DNA from: Phoronis australis
Taxonomy: Eukaryota > Animalia > Phoronida
Direction of reading: 5' to 3'
Length of the DNA stretch: 64,000 bases
Assembly (NCBI GenBank): GCA_002633005.1
Contig: NMRA01000275.1
Location: 333,827 to 397,826, forward strand
A model generated the notes under the pieces. That model had not been told where the DNA came from. It worked only from the letters and a program-made list of their open reading frames with translations, and ran no database searches. Shown here piece by piece: positions 49,070 through 62,200 of this stretch. The position numbers and the translations under genes were made by a program. Each line of letters opens with the position of its first letter. Position 1 is the stretch's first letter.

Positions 49070-52000
49070 ACTCGGCCACCAAACTTTCGATTGTGCATGT
49101 GCCTTCATTTTAACAATTCCTGGGTGCCCTTCATGAGCTAACTATGCGACCTGGTTTCTCAAACTTTGCACCCTCTCAAAACTAGTTTGGAATAATTCCG
49201 TTGCTGTTGATAACAAAAAAGTCCTTTGTGACAGGAGAATGTCGTTATTCCCTCGATTTCTCGTCCATTTCGATTGGATGGAACCCACTCTTCAAATCCA
49301 ATTTGCTAAATACTATGCTGCCATTTATACAGTGAAGGACCTTGGATATCGTGTTCTGATAACAGCTGTGTTTGCCATATGCATGCCGATGCATACACGG
49401 ATCTCATTACCAGACTGTTTCGGAATAACAACAAGCGGTGATACTGTCGATACTGTCGGTTCGATTATGTCTGCTGCCAACATTTCCGCGAGTTTTGCAT
49501 CCAATTTGCGTCTCATCACAAACGAAATGCGGTGTTGGGCTTGTGCAATGTGTTTGACTGATTCATCTATGTAAATTTTTGCTTGATAGTCACATAATTT
49601 TCCAATACCTCTGCAAGCATAACTATTGAACTTTGATATCCTCCTTGGTCAGTTTTGAGTCACCATTAATCGCATTCACATTAACGCCGATTTTTATATT
49701 CATTGCAGTTTCGCGACTCATGAGGGAACGTCCCTCTCCTTTTGTCACCATGAACTACGCTTCTACCTCATGATCACCAATTTTCACTGTTGCCGCAAAG
49801 CGTCCCAGTAAATTCAGCGGGGTAGATGCACCATATGGGCACAGTCGTTTGGTGCTTCTCGATGTAACGCACTTTATCCTCTGATTTTTCAAGTAAGACC
49901 CTGTTTTACTTCCGCCAATATTTGCGATACATCCAGAGTCCATTAACATAGGGACTAACACACCCGCTACATTAAAGTTAATGGTAGCTTCCATGTCAAT
50001 TTGATCAGTTCCGACAGAAAATGTATAAGTCAGACTCGTCAGATTCCTCAGCACAGTAATCCACGTTCCTAGGCTTGGAACGTTGACCAGTTTTTCGTTT
50101 CACGCCCCCTGAACGAGCCTGAGATTTTCCTTTGTCACGTTTCACATTCTCAGTACGACATACATTAAATAAGTGGCCCTTCAAATTGCATTTGTCACAC
50201 AATGCGTCACGAGCAGGGCATAACGCGTCCTTGGCATAATGCCCGAATTGACCACATTTGAAACATGCTCCCTTTGCTTTTTGGGGTTTATTTTTCACCC
50301 GATTCACTTCAGACTGACCAGATGCTTTTCCATCGCTTTGGTTTGCTCGTTTACGACCTCAAGGGCTCTGGCAATGTCTAATAGTTTACTCAATGTTAAT
50401 GTGTGACCCTGTTGTGACAGTTTTCGCTTCAACTGACCAGATTTGCAACAATCTATTACCTGATCTCGAATTCGTTCATCCCTTTCCGCTTCTGAACTAA
50501 ATTCGCAATTTAAAGCTTGTCGCTTTAACCTTGCAGCATACTGATCAATGGTCTCTGAACCTTGTTTCATCGTACGAAAAACGTAGCTCTTTGTACGGAG
50601 AGTCAGTTTAGGCAAAAAGTAGGCATCTAGTCTGTGCAGGGTGTTATATCGTGCATTTATCTGCAGATTCAACCGGATTTAACCACACCATTTAAGGTAC
50701 AATAAAATATATTCAATTCCATAACCCTGCCGACTACAAGTAGTGACCTCTCACGTCAAGAATGTCTCCAAGATATATATAACTAACATCTGGTGTTACA
50801 TAAACACTACAACTCCCCTCATTCTAAATAAACATATACCAAGAAAATAAAACTGAACACGCTAAATACAGACACAGGTCTGATGTACAGACAAAGAATT
50901 CAAAATACAGCGAATATAAGCCTTCAATTAAAAGTCACTAAAGTCTGTCAACAGTATGTCAATTCAGTTCTGTCACTATGTAATGTCATCGTTTATGTGC
51001 ATACATATAGTCTTTCAGATGTTCCGGTGGTCTCCTTTCATGACCAGATCGAAGTTCTAAACCCCTATCACACAATTCAGACGATCCGTCAATGACTTCT
51101 ACATCATCATCTTCTGGCACTTCAGGTTTAACAATTTTTTACAAAAGTGCTATTACAATCATAAGATACCCCATCCTTATTCTGCATTGTGCATTTATTT
51201 CCGTGTTTTGCTCTGGTTCGTAAGTAGTGGACAGTTTGTCCTTGTGTTTTTGTCTGATCAAGACTTCATCACCAATCTCCAAATCCAATGGCTGCACATT
51301 GCGTTTCGTGTCCGTACACCACTTTTTTCAGCTTTTGTTCCGCGTCACTTAATCACGAACATTTTCGAATTCGTCACCGTCTCTATGATTCATAGTACCC
51401 TGTAGTTGAGATAATTTCGTTCGCGATTTTCTCCCAAACATTAACTCTCCCAGTGAAACACCAGTGGTCACGTGCGGTTTGGACCGATATTGCAGAAGGA
51501 ACGTCTGGATTTCCCTTTTCCAGTCTTTCGACTGGGCATGTGCGATTTTAATCCATTTCAGTAGGGATCGAATTTGTCTCTTGACTTCACCGTTTGCAGC
51601 AGGGTAAAGAGGCGTTACCCCCTGTGTGCGATATCATTCGATTCCATAAACAATCGAAATTCCTCAGACGCAAATTGAGGGCAATTATCTGATGTCACAC
51701 ATGTGGTAGCCCGAAGTGAGTGAACATATGGTTTAACATGTTGATAACATTATTCGTCGATATTTCCTTATCAATCTCATAATAACCAGTAAAATAATCT
51801 ACGCATACAAATACCTACTGCCCCCGTGAATAGGTCCCATGAGGTCGATGGCCACCACCAGCCACAGTCCCGTTGGCAAAGACGTAGGCATTAATGCTTC
51901 AGGCGGTGATGGTCTCGAAACCAATTGACAGCCTAAACATGATTTAACATGATTATCAGCGTCCTTGTCCATGCCTGGCCACCACACTTTCGTTCGCAGT

Positions 52001-54825
52001 TGCTGCTTCGTGCCAATTATACCTAAATTTCCCAGATGAGCCAACTCGATGCACTTCGACCGCAATACTTTAGGCATTACCAGGCGCACTCCACGTATCA
52101 CCAAATATCCTAAAATAGTCTACTCATCCCTAATCGATGCATAAGTCGGTAATTTAGCTTTTTCCCACTTGTTTAACCAAATACACTCATGTAACTTGCT
52201 CAACTCCTCATCTGTTTTCATGCACTCTTCAACTTCACGAATCAATACCGTGCTGGGTGCGTATGTTTCGCCACAAAACGAATAAGCGATTCTGTTTCCT
52301 GTTCAATCACGGTCTCTTGTCCGTCACCTTTCCGTATTTGTACAAGACAAGACAGAACATCAGCAATGTTCTTTTCACCAGGTTCATATTTCACGGTTAT
52401 GAGCACAATACCGATATCACGTGTCCAAAGAAGACAATTTTGTCCGTTGTGAAATCACATTTCTGCTTGTTTAACATGAGTTTCTTTTCCCGCATTTGCT
52501 GCAACACCTTTTCTAATCCCGCATCATGTTCCTGTTTGTTTTTGCCGAACACAATGATGTCATCCGAAATGTTAATAACTCCTTCGCAGTCACTAAAAAC
52601 CTGCAAAATCACATGTTGGTATTGGTGCAGCGCACTACTCACTTCAAAATTCAGTCGTTTGTATCTGAAAGGTCCATTGTGCGTAACAAAGGTTGTGATG
52701 TCGCATGATTCCTCGTCCAATTCAATTTGGTGGTAACCATATTTCAAGTCCAGCTTGCTAAAAACAGCACTCCCGTTTATTTTGTGCATAATCTCGTCAA
52801 CCGTGGGTATCAGTTGTCGTGCTCTCTTGATCGCGGTATTTGTACGCCTCATCTACACATAACCGAATGTCCTCATTTGACTTCGGCACAATAATTGGGC
52901 TCACCCACTGCGTTGGCTTATCAATAGGGTCAATTATATCCTGTTCCTGCAGCTCATTAATTTCATCATTCACTTTGTCTCTCGGTCTATACGGAACCCT
53001 GTACATAGACTGAGCGACCGGCGTCACATCTCCATCAACATGAAGGTGTAATTGGAAACCATCCAGTTTGTCAGTGCCATCAAAACAATCAGGATATTTA
53101 TCAACCACACTTGTCGAGATTGAATTCGCAATCTTGAACAGACTCAACTGCGTGGCGGTTTCACGACTCAATAATGATTCACCGACACAATCCAGCACCG
53201 CAAAATCTGCTTTAACAGCTTTGTCGCCTACTGAGATCTCTGCATTAAATTTTCCGATCACGCGTAACGGTTCCTGAGCACCGTTCAGCCACAAATTTTC
53301 AGAAAATTTGGTCGAATGACAACAAATCTTCTCACTTTTCAACCGCTCCCATGTTTCTTTGCTTACACTGTTCTTTGACGTTCCAGAATCGATTATCATC
53401 TCCAGATTCACATCACCAACTACAGCCTTCACATGCTTCATTCCGTGGCTGTCATTGTAAAACGCATAACCATCAGAGTCCGACGCACACTGATTTGATT
53501 TACTTGTTTCTGCGATTTATGCCTTCCATTATCACTCCTGCATTTTGCTTCAAAGTGATCAAATTTCCCACACTTCCTGCATTTTTTCCCTTAGCAGGAC
53601 GGGGTCTGTGCGGATATGACCATAATATCCAAAACTATAGCATTCCAATCCCTTGTTAGATTTATTTGACTGAGGTCGCTGTTCTCGTTTTGGTCTGAAC
53701 CTGATTTTATTGGTCCCACTGACTCTGCTGAAATGACCAGTATCCTAGGGATTTTCTATCGCTTTCACTTGCTGATCGACAGCTTCTAATGCTCGTGAGA
53801 TGTCCAACACTTTGGACAACGTTAGCCCCGCCCCTTCTTGGAGCAATTTACGTCTCAGCCTGGACGATCTGCATTGATCAATTACTTGATCACAAATTTG
53901 CTCTTCTGTTGCCTTGGCTGTGCCAAAGTCACAATCTGCCGCCAGAGTTTTCAATTTTGCAACAAATTGGTAAACCGTTTCCTCCTCCGTTTGTTTTAAA
54001 CTACGAAATTTATGGCGCTCATAGGGTACGTTCAGCTTTGAGGTAAAATACGCATTAAGCTTCCTTACCACCATTTTGTATATGTTGTCAGTCTCGCCGT
54101 CTAGTCACGCCACATCGGCCAAAGTGTCGCAACGATTGTTTTTGGGTATTGTTCGTTATTCCTTTTCCCACGGCAAAGTATTCAAACGATTTCATCCACC
54201 GTTTCCACCGCGCACCAACATTGGCTGCATCTGTGTGACAATCGAAATTTTGCAGTCCATTTAAAGCCACGGCAACAGCCATCATGCGAATATATCATAG
54301 AAATTCACACACGAAAAAAAGCTTCTAAAATGTTCTCCCCGTCGCCACTAATGTTATTTTGCGCATTTATCTGCAGAATCAACCGGATTTAACCACACCA
54401 TTTAGGGTACAATAAAATATATTCTATTCCATAACCATCAGGGTTTCCTTCGAAGATGTCCTGTAGATCCATGCCCACCATATGCAACAACAGAGAGCAT
54501 TTTTGGTTTACATTTGTAATACCTTTCCCTTTAACAAAGAAGGTGAACACTTTCCTCCATCGTTTCCAATGCGAGCCCACGGCGGATGCCTCCCTGGACT
54601 TATCGAATTGAGGCAATGGATTTAATTCAAAGCATCCATTGTCCAACAAATTCTCACCACACAATAAACCTAAACCACTAAACATAAAAGTTTCGTATCC
54701 TCGTTGCCAGGTTGTACTGTTTTATCTACTTATTAACCAGATTAAAATGCCAGATTGAAATAACAGTGAACTATTATAGTTTATTGGATTCCACTCCCTA
54801 GTGCCACCCAGTGAGTAGCTACAAC
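49070..54825 (-). mobile_element. Ty3/Gypsy element F (host): 5' part 54437-54825, 3' part 49070-50641, heavily deleted
   Basis: PBS TGGCAACGAGG at 54699-54709. gag WKRWRKVF...LLLHMVG continues as LDAYFLPK...CFKCGQFGH. PR LMDSGC, RT fragment, INT HEGHPGI..KVWWP. Confidence 0.82.
50642..54436 (-). mobile_element. Ty3/Gypsy element G nested in the gag of element F; RNase H largely deleted
   Basis: LTR segments 50642-50726 and 54352-54436 (~7% diverged by eye). PBS TGGCGACGGGG at 54337-54347, PPT at 50812-50820. gag, PR IIDSGT, RT FSKLDLKYGYHQ/NISDDIIV, INT. Confidence 0.9.
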
Positions 54826-54999
54826 ACTACTCATCTTAAGTCTTATTTACTAGTAGAAAAGTCCGACAGCACAACTGAACAGCATGAAATATCCTTTCTC
54901 CTTTAAAGAAAACTAAGTCCTACGTCCTTGATCTAGTATCCACTAAATAGTATCATAAAACTATTACTATAAAGCAAAATAATGTGCTTCGTGTGGTAT

Positions 55000-56085
55000 A
55001 GCTATCCATGTAGGCAGGGCATTTTACTTGTCTTCATGTGGTTTGGCCAGTAGTTGTGGGTTGGGTTTCACATCCTTTGTCGCAGTTGGCTTCAACAATG
55101 TTGTTGGTGTAGTGCCTACATTTCGGTGTGGTCTATGTAGCAAAGGAGCATGTTCCGAGGTGCATTTTAAATCTACTCGATTTCACCTGTAGCTGCCCTC
55201 TTGTGTGTCCGCAATGTAGGAGCAATCACTTAAAGCTTTTGTAACTATGGCTTTACTCTTCTCCTTCTTTCCTTTAAGCACAGGTCGCATTCTGACAACG
55301 TCACCCTCTTCAAGTGGCTGTGGGTCTTTGGCTGCACAATCATGGTACAAGTTTTGGCGTGTTTTCTGTTTTTCGCTCAGCTTCAATGTCGACAGTGCAT
55401 GGCTTGAGGAGACTGGTTGTCATGAGCAACAGTGTACGGGCTCTCCGATTGTTGAGCCGCTGCATATAGAACTGCTTGTTAGCCCTTGCGTTGGAGTGTT
55501 ACATACCTCCAGCAGTTTGCAATGCCAATAACCATCCTGTAAGTCGAAATGACTAAAAATTTTGGCCTTCGCCAAGTCAGGGACCATGTTGTTAAGGACT
55601 GGCATTGTGTAGTGCTCGCTTTTTATTGCCTTGTTGAGGGGTCTAGGATCAATACAGATCCGAAGGTCACCAGACTTCTTTATTGTAACTGCCATTTGGC
55701 TTACCCAGTTGCCAGGCTGATCGACCTTTTCTGTGACCCCCCTCTCTCTCATCTTTGCCAACTTGGCCTCCACTTTGGCTGTGATGGATACAGGTACTTT
55801 TCGGGGTGGACACACAACTGGTGAGGCAAAATCCTTAACCTCGATATGGACACTGTCTGGCAATGAGCCCAGGTCGCCGTCTAAAGGGTTAGGGTGCTGA
55901 GTGGTGATGTCTGAGGTCACCGTGTTAACCATTTTGAACGATTCATAGTTAATTGTAACTAGACCCATCTTCTCCACACAAAGCCAACTCAGTAGGGGAG
56001 TGAGGTGATTGTCAACGACAGTGAAAAGGACCTCATGCTTCTTGCCCGTCTGGGTTTTTCAACTTTAGCACGCATGTCTGTAGAT
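55000..56085 (-). mobile_element. Ty3/Gypsy fragment H (RT N-terminus fused by deletion to integrase tail)
   Basis: LRICIDPRPLNKAI..FSHFDLQDGYWH is joined to NTPTQGL..YHDCAAKD..LEEGDVVRMRP. Confidence 0.85.
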
Positions 56086-56089
56086 ACGG

Positions 56090-57370
56090 GATGATTTGGT
56101 GCAGTTGGTGGAGATTGAGCTCTGTCAGGTGCGGCTGGACAAGGCTCAATGATCTTGGTTGTAGGGTTCTCTACTCTAGATATGTTGTTCTATGCAAGAA
56201 ACGACCTGTTCGACTACATTGGATAGAATATGATCTTGGTTCTGGGCCAATTCCAGTTACGATGCCAATGATCCAATCCTTCTTGGCTACATCTTGATAG
56301 TAGATGAGTTGGTTTGTTGACAATTCTGGAAGTTCTCGCCCAACAATGGTAGCTGCTGGAGGTCTTGGGCTGTTTGGGTTGGTGTACTTGGGGAGGCTTC
56401 CGCCAAGTTTGCGTCCAAAAAGTAGTTCAGCAGGTGATGGAGAGTTTGCACCTTGGGGAGTTGTTCGATACTGAAGAAGGCTATTGTCGATGTCGTTATA
56501 ACAGCGCTTTCACCACGCCCACCATCCTTTCAATGAACCCATGGGAACGTGGATGGTGTGGGGATGATGTAACGTGGGTGATCCCATATCTGGCCATGAG
56601 TTCTTTAAATAGTTTGCCTATAAACTGGGGGCCATTGTCAGTGATGATGGAATTTGGAATTCCAAACATTTCAAGGGTTTCCATCATCAGTTTGCTGATG
56701 GTATGGCTTAACGTGTTGGATGCAAGCTTGTGGAGAACAGGATAGCGTGTTGAATAGTCAGCGATGAGCAAGTATTCGCAGCCATCCAGGTGGAACTAGT
56801 CAGCATTGAGGGTGTGCTATGGCACATTTGGTACGTCTTGGCTTATTGAGTCGAAGGGCTCCTTCGACTGCGATCGCTGATATTGTTGGCAAGTTTCACA
56901 ACTACCCACCAAGATGGTTATATCGTCGGAAATCCCACACCAGAAAACAGTATCTTTGGCAAGCTGTTGACACCGTGTGATGCCTTGATGTCCTTCATGT
57001 ATCTTTGCCAGATAAAGTTGTTGAAGGGTGGCTGGAATTATGACGCGTTTCCCTTTCAGGATGAGGCCGTCTTCCAGGCTCAGTTTGTCTCTGACACTCC
57101 AGTATGGCCTGAGACTTGCTGGGAGTTCTGTAATTGTACTTAGGAAACCAGTGCTTATGAAGTCGCTCAACAATGAAAGTTGGACATCTTTTTGTGTCTC
57201 GGAACGTATTTCAATCAGTCTCTCGGATGAGAACTGAACAAAACAGACTTTTAGATCAAGGTGGATTTCACGATCTGTGGATGTCTTTGGTAGACGTGAC
57301 AGGCTGTCTGCTAATACCATTTCTTTACCTGGTCGATATTTAATGGTATAGTCATACCTCTGTAGCCGTT
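56090..57370 (-). mobile_element. Ty3/Gypsy fragment I (RH end plus integrase)
   Basis: LQRYDYTIKYRPGKEMVLADSLSRLP, HEGHQGIT, ITDNGPQF, SSPHHPRSHGFIERMV. Confidence 0.9.
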
Positions 57371-57371
57371 G

Positions 57372-57782
57372 ATGGCGAAAGTTCAGGGGGAGTTGCCCCC
57401 TCAGTACCACTTACTGGGGGACTCTGCCTATCCCTTGTCTACCTTCGTCATTGTACCGTTTAAGGACAATGGCCACTTAACACCAGAGCAGAAGTCGTTT
57501 AATTATAAGCACAGTGCTACGAGAGTGGACATTGAAAGATGCTTCGGCCGTCTGAAAGGAAAATTTAGGAAACTGAAGTTCTTGGACATGAGAAAAACAG
57601 AGGACATGCCTTCAGTCATTGTTGCATGTTGTGTGCTTCATAATCTCATAATTAATGAAGATATGGAAGAGGATGACGACGATGATGAGTTGGAAAATGA
57701 TGATGGACATCAGCCCACTAATGGTGCCCCAGAGTTAAGAGCGGTTACCAAGAGGCAGGAGATCATGCTTTTACTGGCTTGA
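57372..57782 (+). mobile_element. PIF/Harbinger (HARBI1-like) DDE transposase, C-terminal part only
   Basis: HLLGDSAYPL..VPFKDNGHL..FNYKHSATRVDIERCFGRLKGKFR..ACCVLHN. The N-terminal part is lost at the junction with Gypsy I. Confidence 0.9.
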
Positions 57783-58947
57783 AATCACATAGGAACTGGT
57801 TAATTGTATTTACTTATGACATAATAACACATTAAGCATTACATGAGCTGTGGCTGGCTCTGGCTCCAACATTATGGAAGAGTTTTTTGATGACTGCTAA
57901 TATGAAGTTACTTGTTTGATACTTTACTGTATAACCTAATACTGCACTCGTTTTAGCGACCTCAGATTGTGTTTGACAACCTGGAAAAAAATCCACATCG
58001 CGGATAGGTCACCACTGCGAATACCAAAGTCAGACAATAATTCCCTCTAAATTAGTTTCAAGTATCGCGTTTACACTTTCACACTGTAAATTAACCTTTT
58101 AGTCACAACTGCTCTGCCTGTTTCATGAATGTAGCGCATTTGCCATCATGTTTAAATTACAACAGGAAGTACAACAGAAGTTTTTTTCTGGAAACTTCAC
58201 ACTTCATTTGGTGACTTAGCATTAACCTAAGGTTCGAGAGCTGTAATACAAGGAATGTTCATGGCTCAGATTTAGTACGAATTATTTGCAGTTTCTTTGT
58301 TTATTAAGGAGTCGGTTCTCAACATTACATAGTACATAATTATGTTTACACTTGACACTATAGTTTTAAATAAAAATCTGTAAATACTTAATTGCAATTT
58401 TCCTTGTTGAGTTTCAATTCCTAACCAGTGAAATTATTTGTAGTGAGACAGACGGCCTTTGACAAATTGCAGGTATGACAATTAGTACCACTACTGAAAT
58501 ACATTTTGCTGCAGTATGGAAAACATCCTTCTGCAACAGAAATGGACATCGAAAATTTAGTCACGATAAATTGCTTTACAACTTCGCACATCACACACAG
58601 TTTTTGGAAGCAATACTGAAATTTTATTAAACTGATTCAGGAAATGAATATAAGGTAAAACAGAGAGCGACAACTGCAGTGCCACTCCATAGAATGAGCG
58701 ACCTCTAGGAAGGGAGGGCAAGTTAATGGAGTTCCAGTCACTGGTTCAAGTTTGACAATCACCACTATGTCAATTAAACAAGAAAAGCAGAGGTAGCTTC
58801 AGAGTATAGTCATTACTCGTACAACGTTTCAAAATATAAACCACAAGAATCTTCAATGAATAAAAATGTTTCCAAAATAAGCAATATTTTTACTATACCT
58901 TTCTCTTTAATGAGTTTATATATACCACGATTTCAATAGAACAAGAT

Positions 58948-59242
58948 TATGCAAGCACCATAGTGTGCAACACTGACTAAAGATAAATAAAACACCAGCC
59001 TCCTCAAGGAAGGGAGGCCAAACCCTTTCATTGACCATGACAATGGAGTACCTGTAACTACTTTAAAAATAAACAATATGTATCTATATATAATATATAT
59101 ATATATATAGATATATATATATCAAAATAAACAATGCAAGCACCAGAGATTGTGATACAAACTAATACTGTTAAAAAACGACAGCGTCCTCAAGGAAGGG
59201 GGGCCAAACCCTTTCATTGACAATGAGTCAATGGAGTACCTT
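58948..59242. repeat. Imperfect ~185-bp tandem duplication with an (AT)n tract between the convergent Harbinger genes
   Basis: CCTCAAGGAAGGG.GGCCAAACCCTTTCATTGAC...AATGGAGTACCT occurs at ~59002 and ~59188. Confidence 0.75.
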
Positions 59243-59253
59243 TGCACCATACT

Positions 59254-62200
59254 TCACTTTTGGGTTTTTATCCAGTCAACTAGACTCTCCAGTGCCACCA
59301 CACGTCGCTCTTCAATGTCAGCGCGTCTCTTTTCAACCTCCAAATGTTCTTTATGCATGGCACTAAGGTCTGCTTTGTAAGAGGAAACCCACTGAGGCTC
59401 CTCATTTCTTTTGCGTTTTTTGGGGCGTGCTGGAGTACTAGCCACGAGCGGCACAGCATCAGACTCGATGGTATCATTTAACGGAGGCTCTGGCTCCACT
59501 GTGTTCACTAAAGAGGACACGGAAGCCACTGGAACCACAGCTGGGTCGCTTCCAAACATCTCTTCCATGGATTGGTAGTACGTCCATGTTGTGCGACTCT
59601 GACCAGTCTGGCTGTTTTTGTCTTTAATAATCTTAAATCTGTAACAAAATAGTAATGGAAAATAATGATGCACATAACTGTGTACACACGAGGTTTAAAC
59701 CCTTTTTCCTGTTGTTGTCGCGAGAAAAGAAGGCAGTTTAGTGACTAATAAAAAATATCAAACTGGACACATGAATTTCACATTCAATATAAATATTTAT
59801 TATTGCATTGCTATTTTCAACTGAGTCAACATGAAGACTTGCAAAAATTTACAAAATTTATCTTAAACAGGCCCAGGTATCCCAAAGAAACATTTTAACT
59901 GGATCTTGCACCCTAATTCCTTAGCTCACTGATTTTTAGGACATATAAGTTAGAAACACAACATATAGCGAAGATATGATTATGAAGTATGTTGAAAATT
60001 GCCAAATGTTTAAGAACAAGTTTTGTGTCGAAAATGATCTGCTGTAAATCACTGTGTCCAGAAAGTATTTTGATGTGAATATTGGAATGTGTTTGTGACA
60101 GGTTTTCTTGGTTTATTTAGCTTAGGTACTTCCTGTACATGTTCAGTTCAAGTTATTAATTGTTACCTCTTGACATATATTTAGCTTAGGTATTTCCTGT
60201 ATATGTTCAGTTTAAAGTTATTAATTGCTACCTCTTGACATATATTTACAAATCATCCCAGCCCAAGCTTATCTTTATACTATCACATCATACCGCAAAC
60301 AATTATTTTTCTCTACGAACCACCTCGGGTTTTATCTTTGTACAATATAAACCCACAGTGATGTTGGGGAATAACGCTGCATGATGCAGTCTATATGAGC
60401 CCCCAAGGTCGGTCGTTAGTGCAAGGGTCACCTACTTGCAGATATTTTTTGTTTTCACATGAATACAAGTTGTCAGTGAATACAAAACACATTGTTTGGC
60501 ATAAATGATTTTCCAGTAGCATTGTCGTATAGTTCCTACTATACATCACCATATTTGGGAGCCTGCTAATACATCTCTAACAATATCATCTGATGGAAAA
60601 TATACAAGAGTGTAAACTTTTGATGTCACTAACTTTTGCTAAACTGCCAGGTTCAAAGGTTTTCGAACATTGAGAGGAAAAAGACAAATGAATATGTTTT
60701 ACCTATTCCTCATGCTTCGGAACTTCTTTTCGCAATCCGCCCCAGAGTAGTTATGGCCTTTTTCTTTGAGGCGCTCAGCCACTTTGCACCATGCTTGTTT
60801 TTTGGTTATGGTGTTTTTTAAGAAATCTGAGTCCATTTCTTTTCTTGTACACAACAGCATCATCACTGCCTGGTGATTCCAGCTTGTCCTGTCTGAAGAA
60901 ATGAAAATAAGTAATTATAAGGAACAGGATACTGTGTACAAAAATCAGTATAGAAATATTTCTTTACAAGATTTTGATATGACTGCTGTAATGTCAAACA
61001 TTAGGGTGTTATTACGAAACGCCAGTCTCGAACAAGTGAGAGGTCAAAACCGTATCAAAAAACACCATTCTAAAGTAATTGAGAGAGTGGTTTACATGAA
61101 CTCATGATAAAGGAAGTGTTCTACTATAACTGGTTCAGGTGCTTACTTTCATCATCAGCACGGGGTTGAGTCTGCGAAAGTGACTCGCCAACAGGCTCTT
61201 CATAAGCCTCACTGCTGCCTCCTACTAAGCTGCTACTGCTTCCACTGGCACTGTCGCCACCCCTGCTGCTGCTGTTACTGTCACGACTTGTGGATGGGGT
61301 GAACAACTGATGCTGTATGAAGAACTCCATGGATTCAGCAAAGGCTGAAAAGACGATTGTTAAACCGTCTATATTTTGAAAGTTCTATACTAGAAAAGTA
61401 ACTCATGTTAATAAATTCATATGGTATAGGAATTAAGAAATCTATAAACAAAAGCTACAGTGAGTAAAACTCAGATATATGTGCGTTTAACTACTAGCAA
61501 GTTCATGTTCCACCTTATGTTATGATAAGACATTTTGAAGAGAAATTGCCACACAAAAATTATTCAAAAATATCCAACACCTTTTGGGAAAAAGAAGCGA
61601 AGTTTGTTCCGCACATAACAACGGCGTCAAATCCAAAACTAAGTTGCTACAGTAGACTATGTTAATACTCACTTAAGGTCTTGTGTCCTGATGGACAAGG
61701 AAAAGCTCTCTCTAGCTTGCTGTATACAAACTCAGCCAAGTCATTCTCTGAAAGAACAATGACGTTGAAGTTATCAGCAAAGCAGGATTTCAAATTAGGA
61801 TTCTGTGCCCAGTTGCAATGAAACTGTCCCAAATAGGGACTCAACCAAGTTCCCTAAATCTACTGTGTATTTGTGGGCTTGTGAAAACACTGATTGTCCT
61901 TATGTATGCTATTTGAGTCTCATTACTAAGTCAATTTTTGGCTTTGATAGAAGTCAAGAGAAAAACTCTACCTTGAATTCTCAATATTATGGAAAATAAG
62001 TAGGGATCTTTTCATGCACCGTCTCTAATTTAAGGACTAAGTCCCTTACTGTTATGACTGAATTAAGAACTAAAGATCATATGCTCGTGAGTCATAATCA
62101 GATTTCAGAGAATTGTTTTGCACAACTTACACAATCTATAATTCTAACAATCAGCGCCATATAAGACTCTGTTTTGAACTCTGCAATTCTAGTGAAAACC

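Larger units (their letters stand above)
34660..57370 (-). other. Dense unidirectional LTR-retrotransposon cluster (candidate flamenco-like piRNA cluster; precursor would be plus-strand)
   Basis: ~14-16 separable Gypsy, BEL/Pao and Copia insertions with almost no unique spacer. All ORFs, PBSs and PPTs are on the minus strand. Confidence 0.75.

Noticed and set aside
34574-57237. Numerous plus-strand ORFs across the retroelement block
   Set aside because: Antisense shadows of minus-strand gag/pol frames with no recognisable motifs.
56817-57410. Overlapping divergent ORFs suggesting a Gypsy-Harbinger gene pair
   Set aside because: Deletion junction at ~57370 between two truncated elements; the overlap is incidental.
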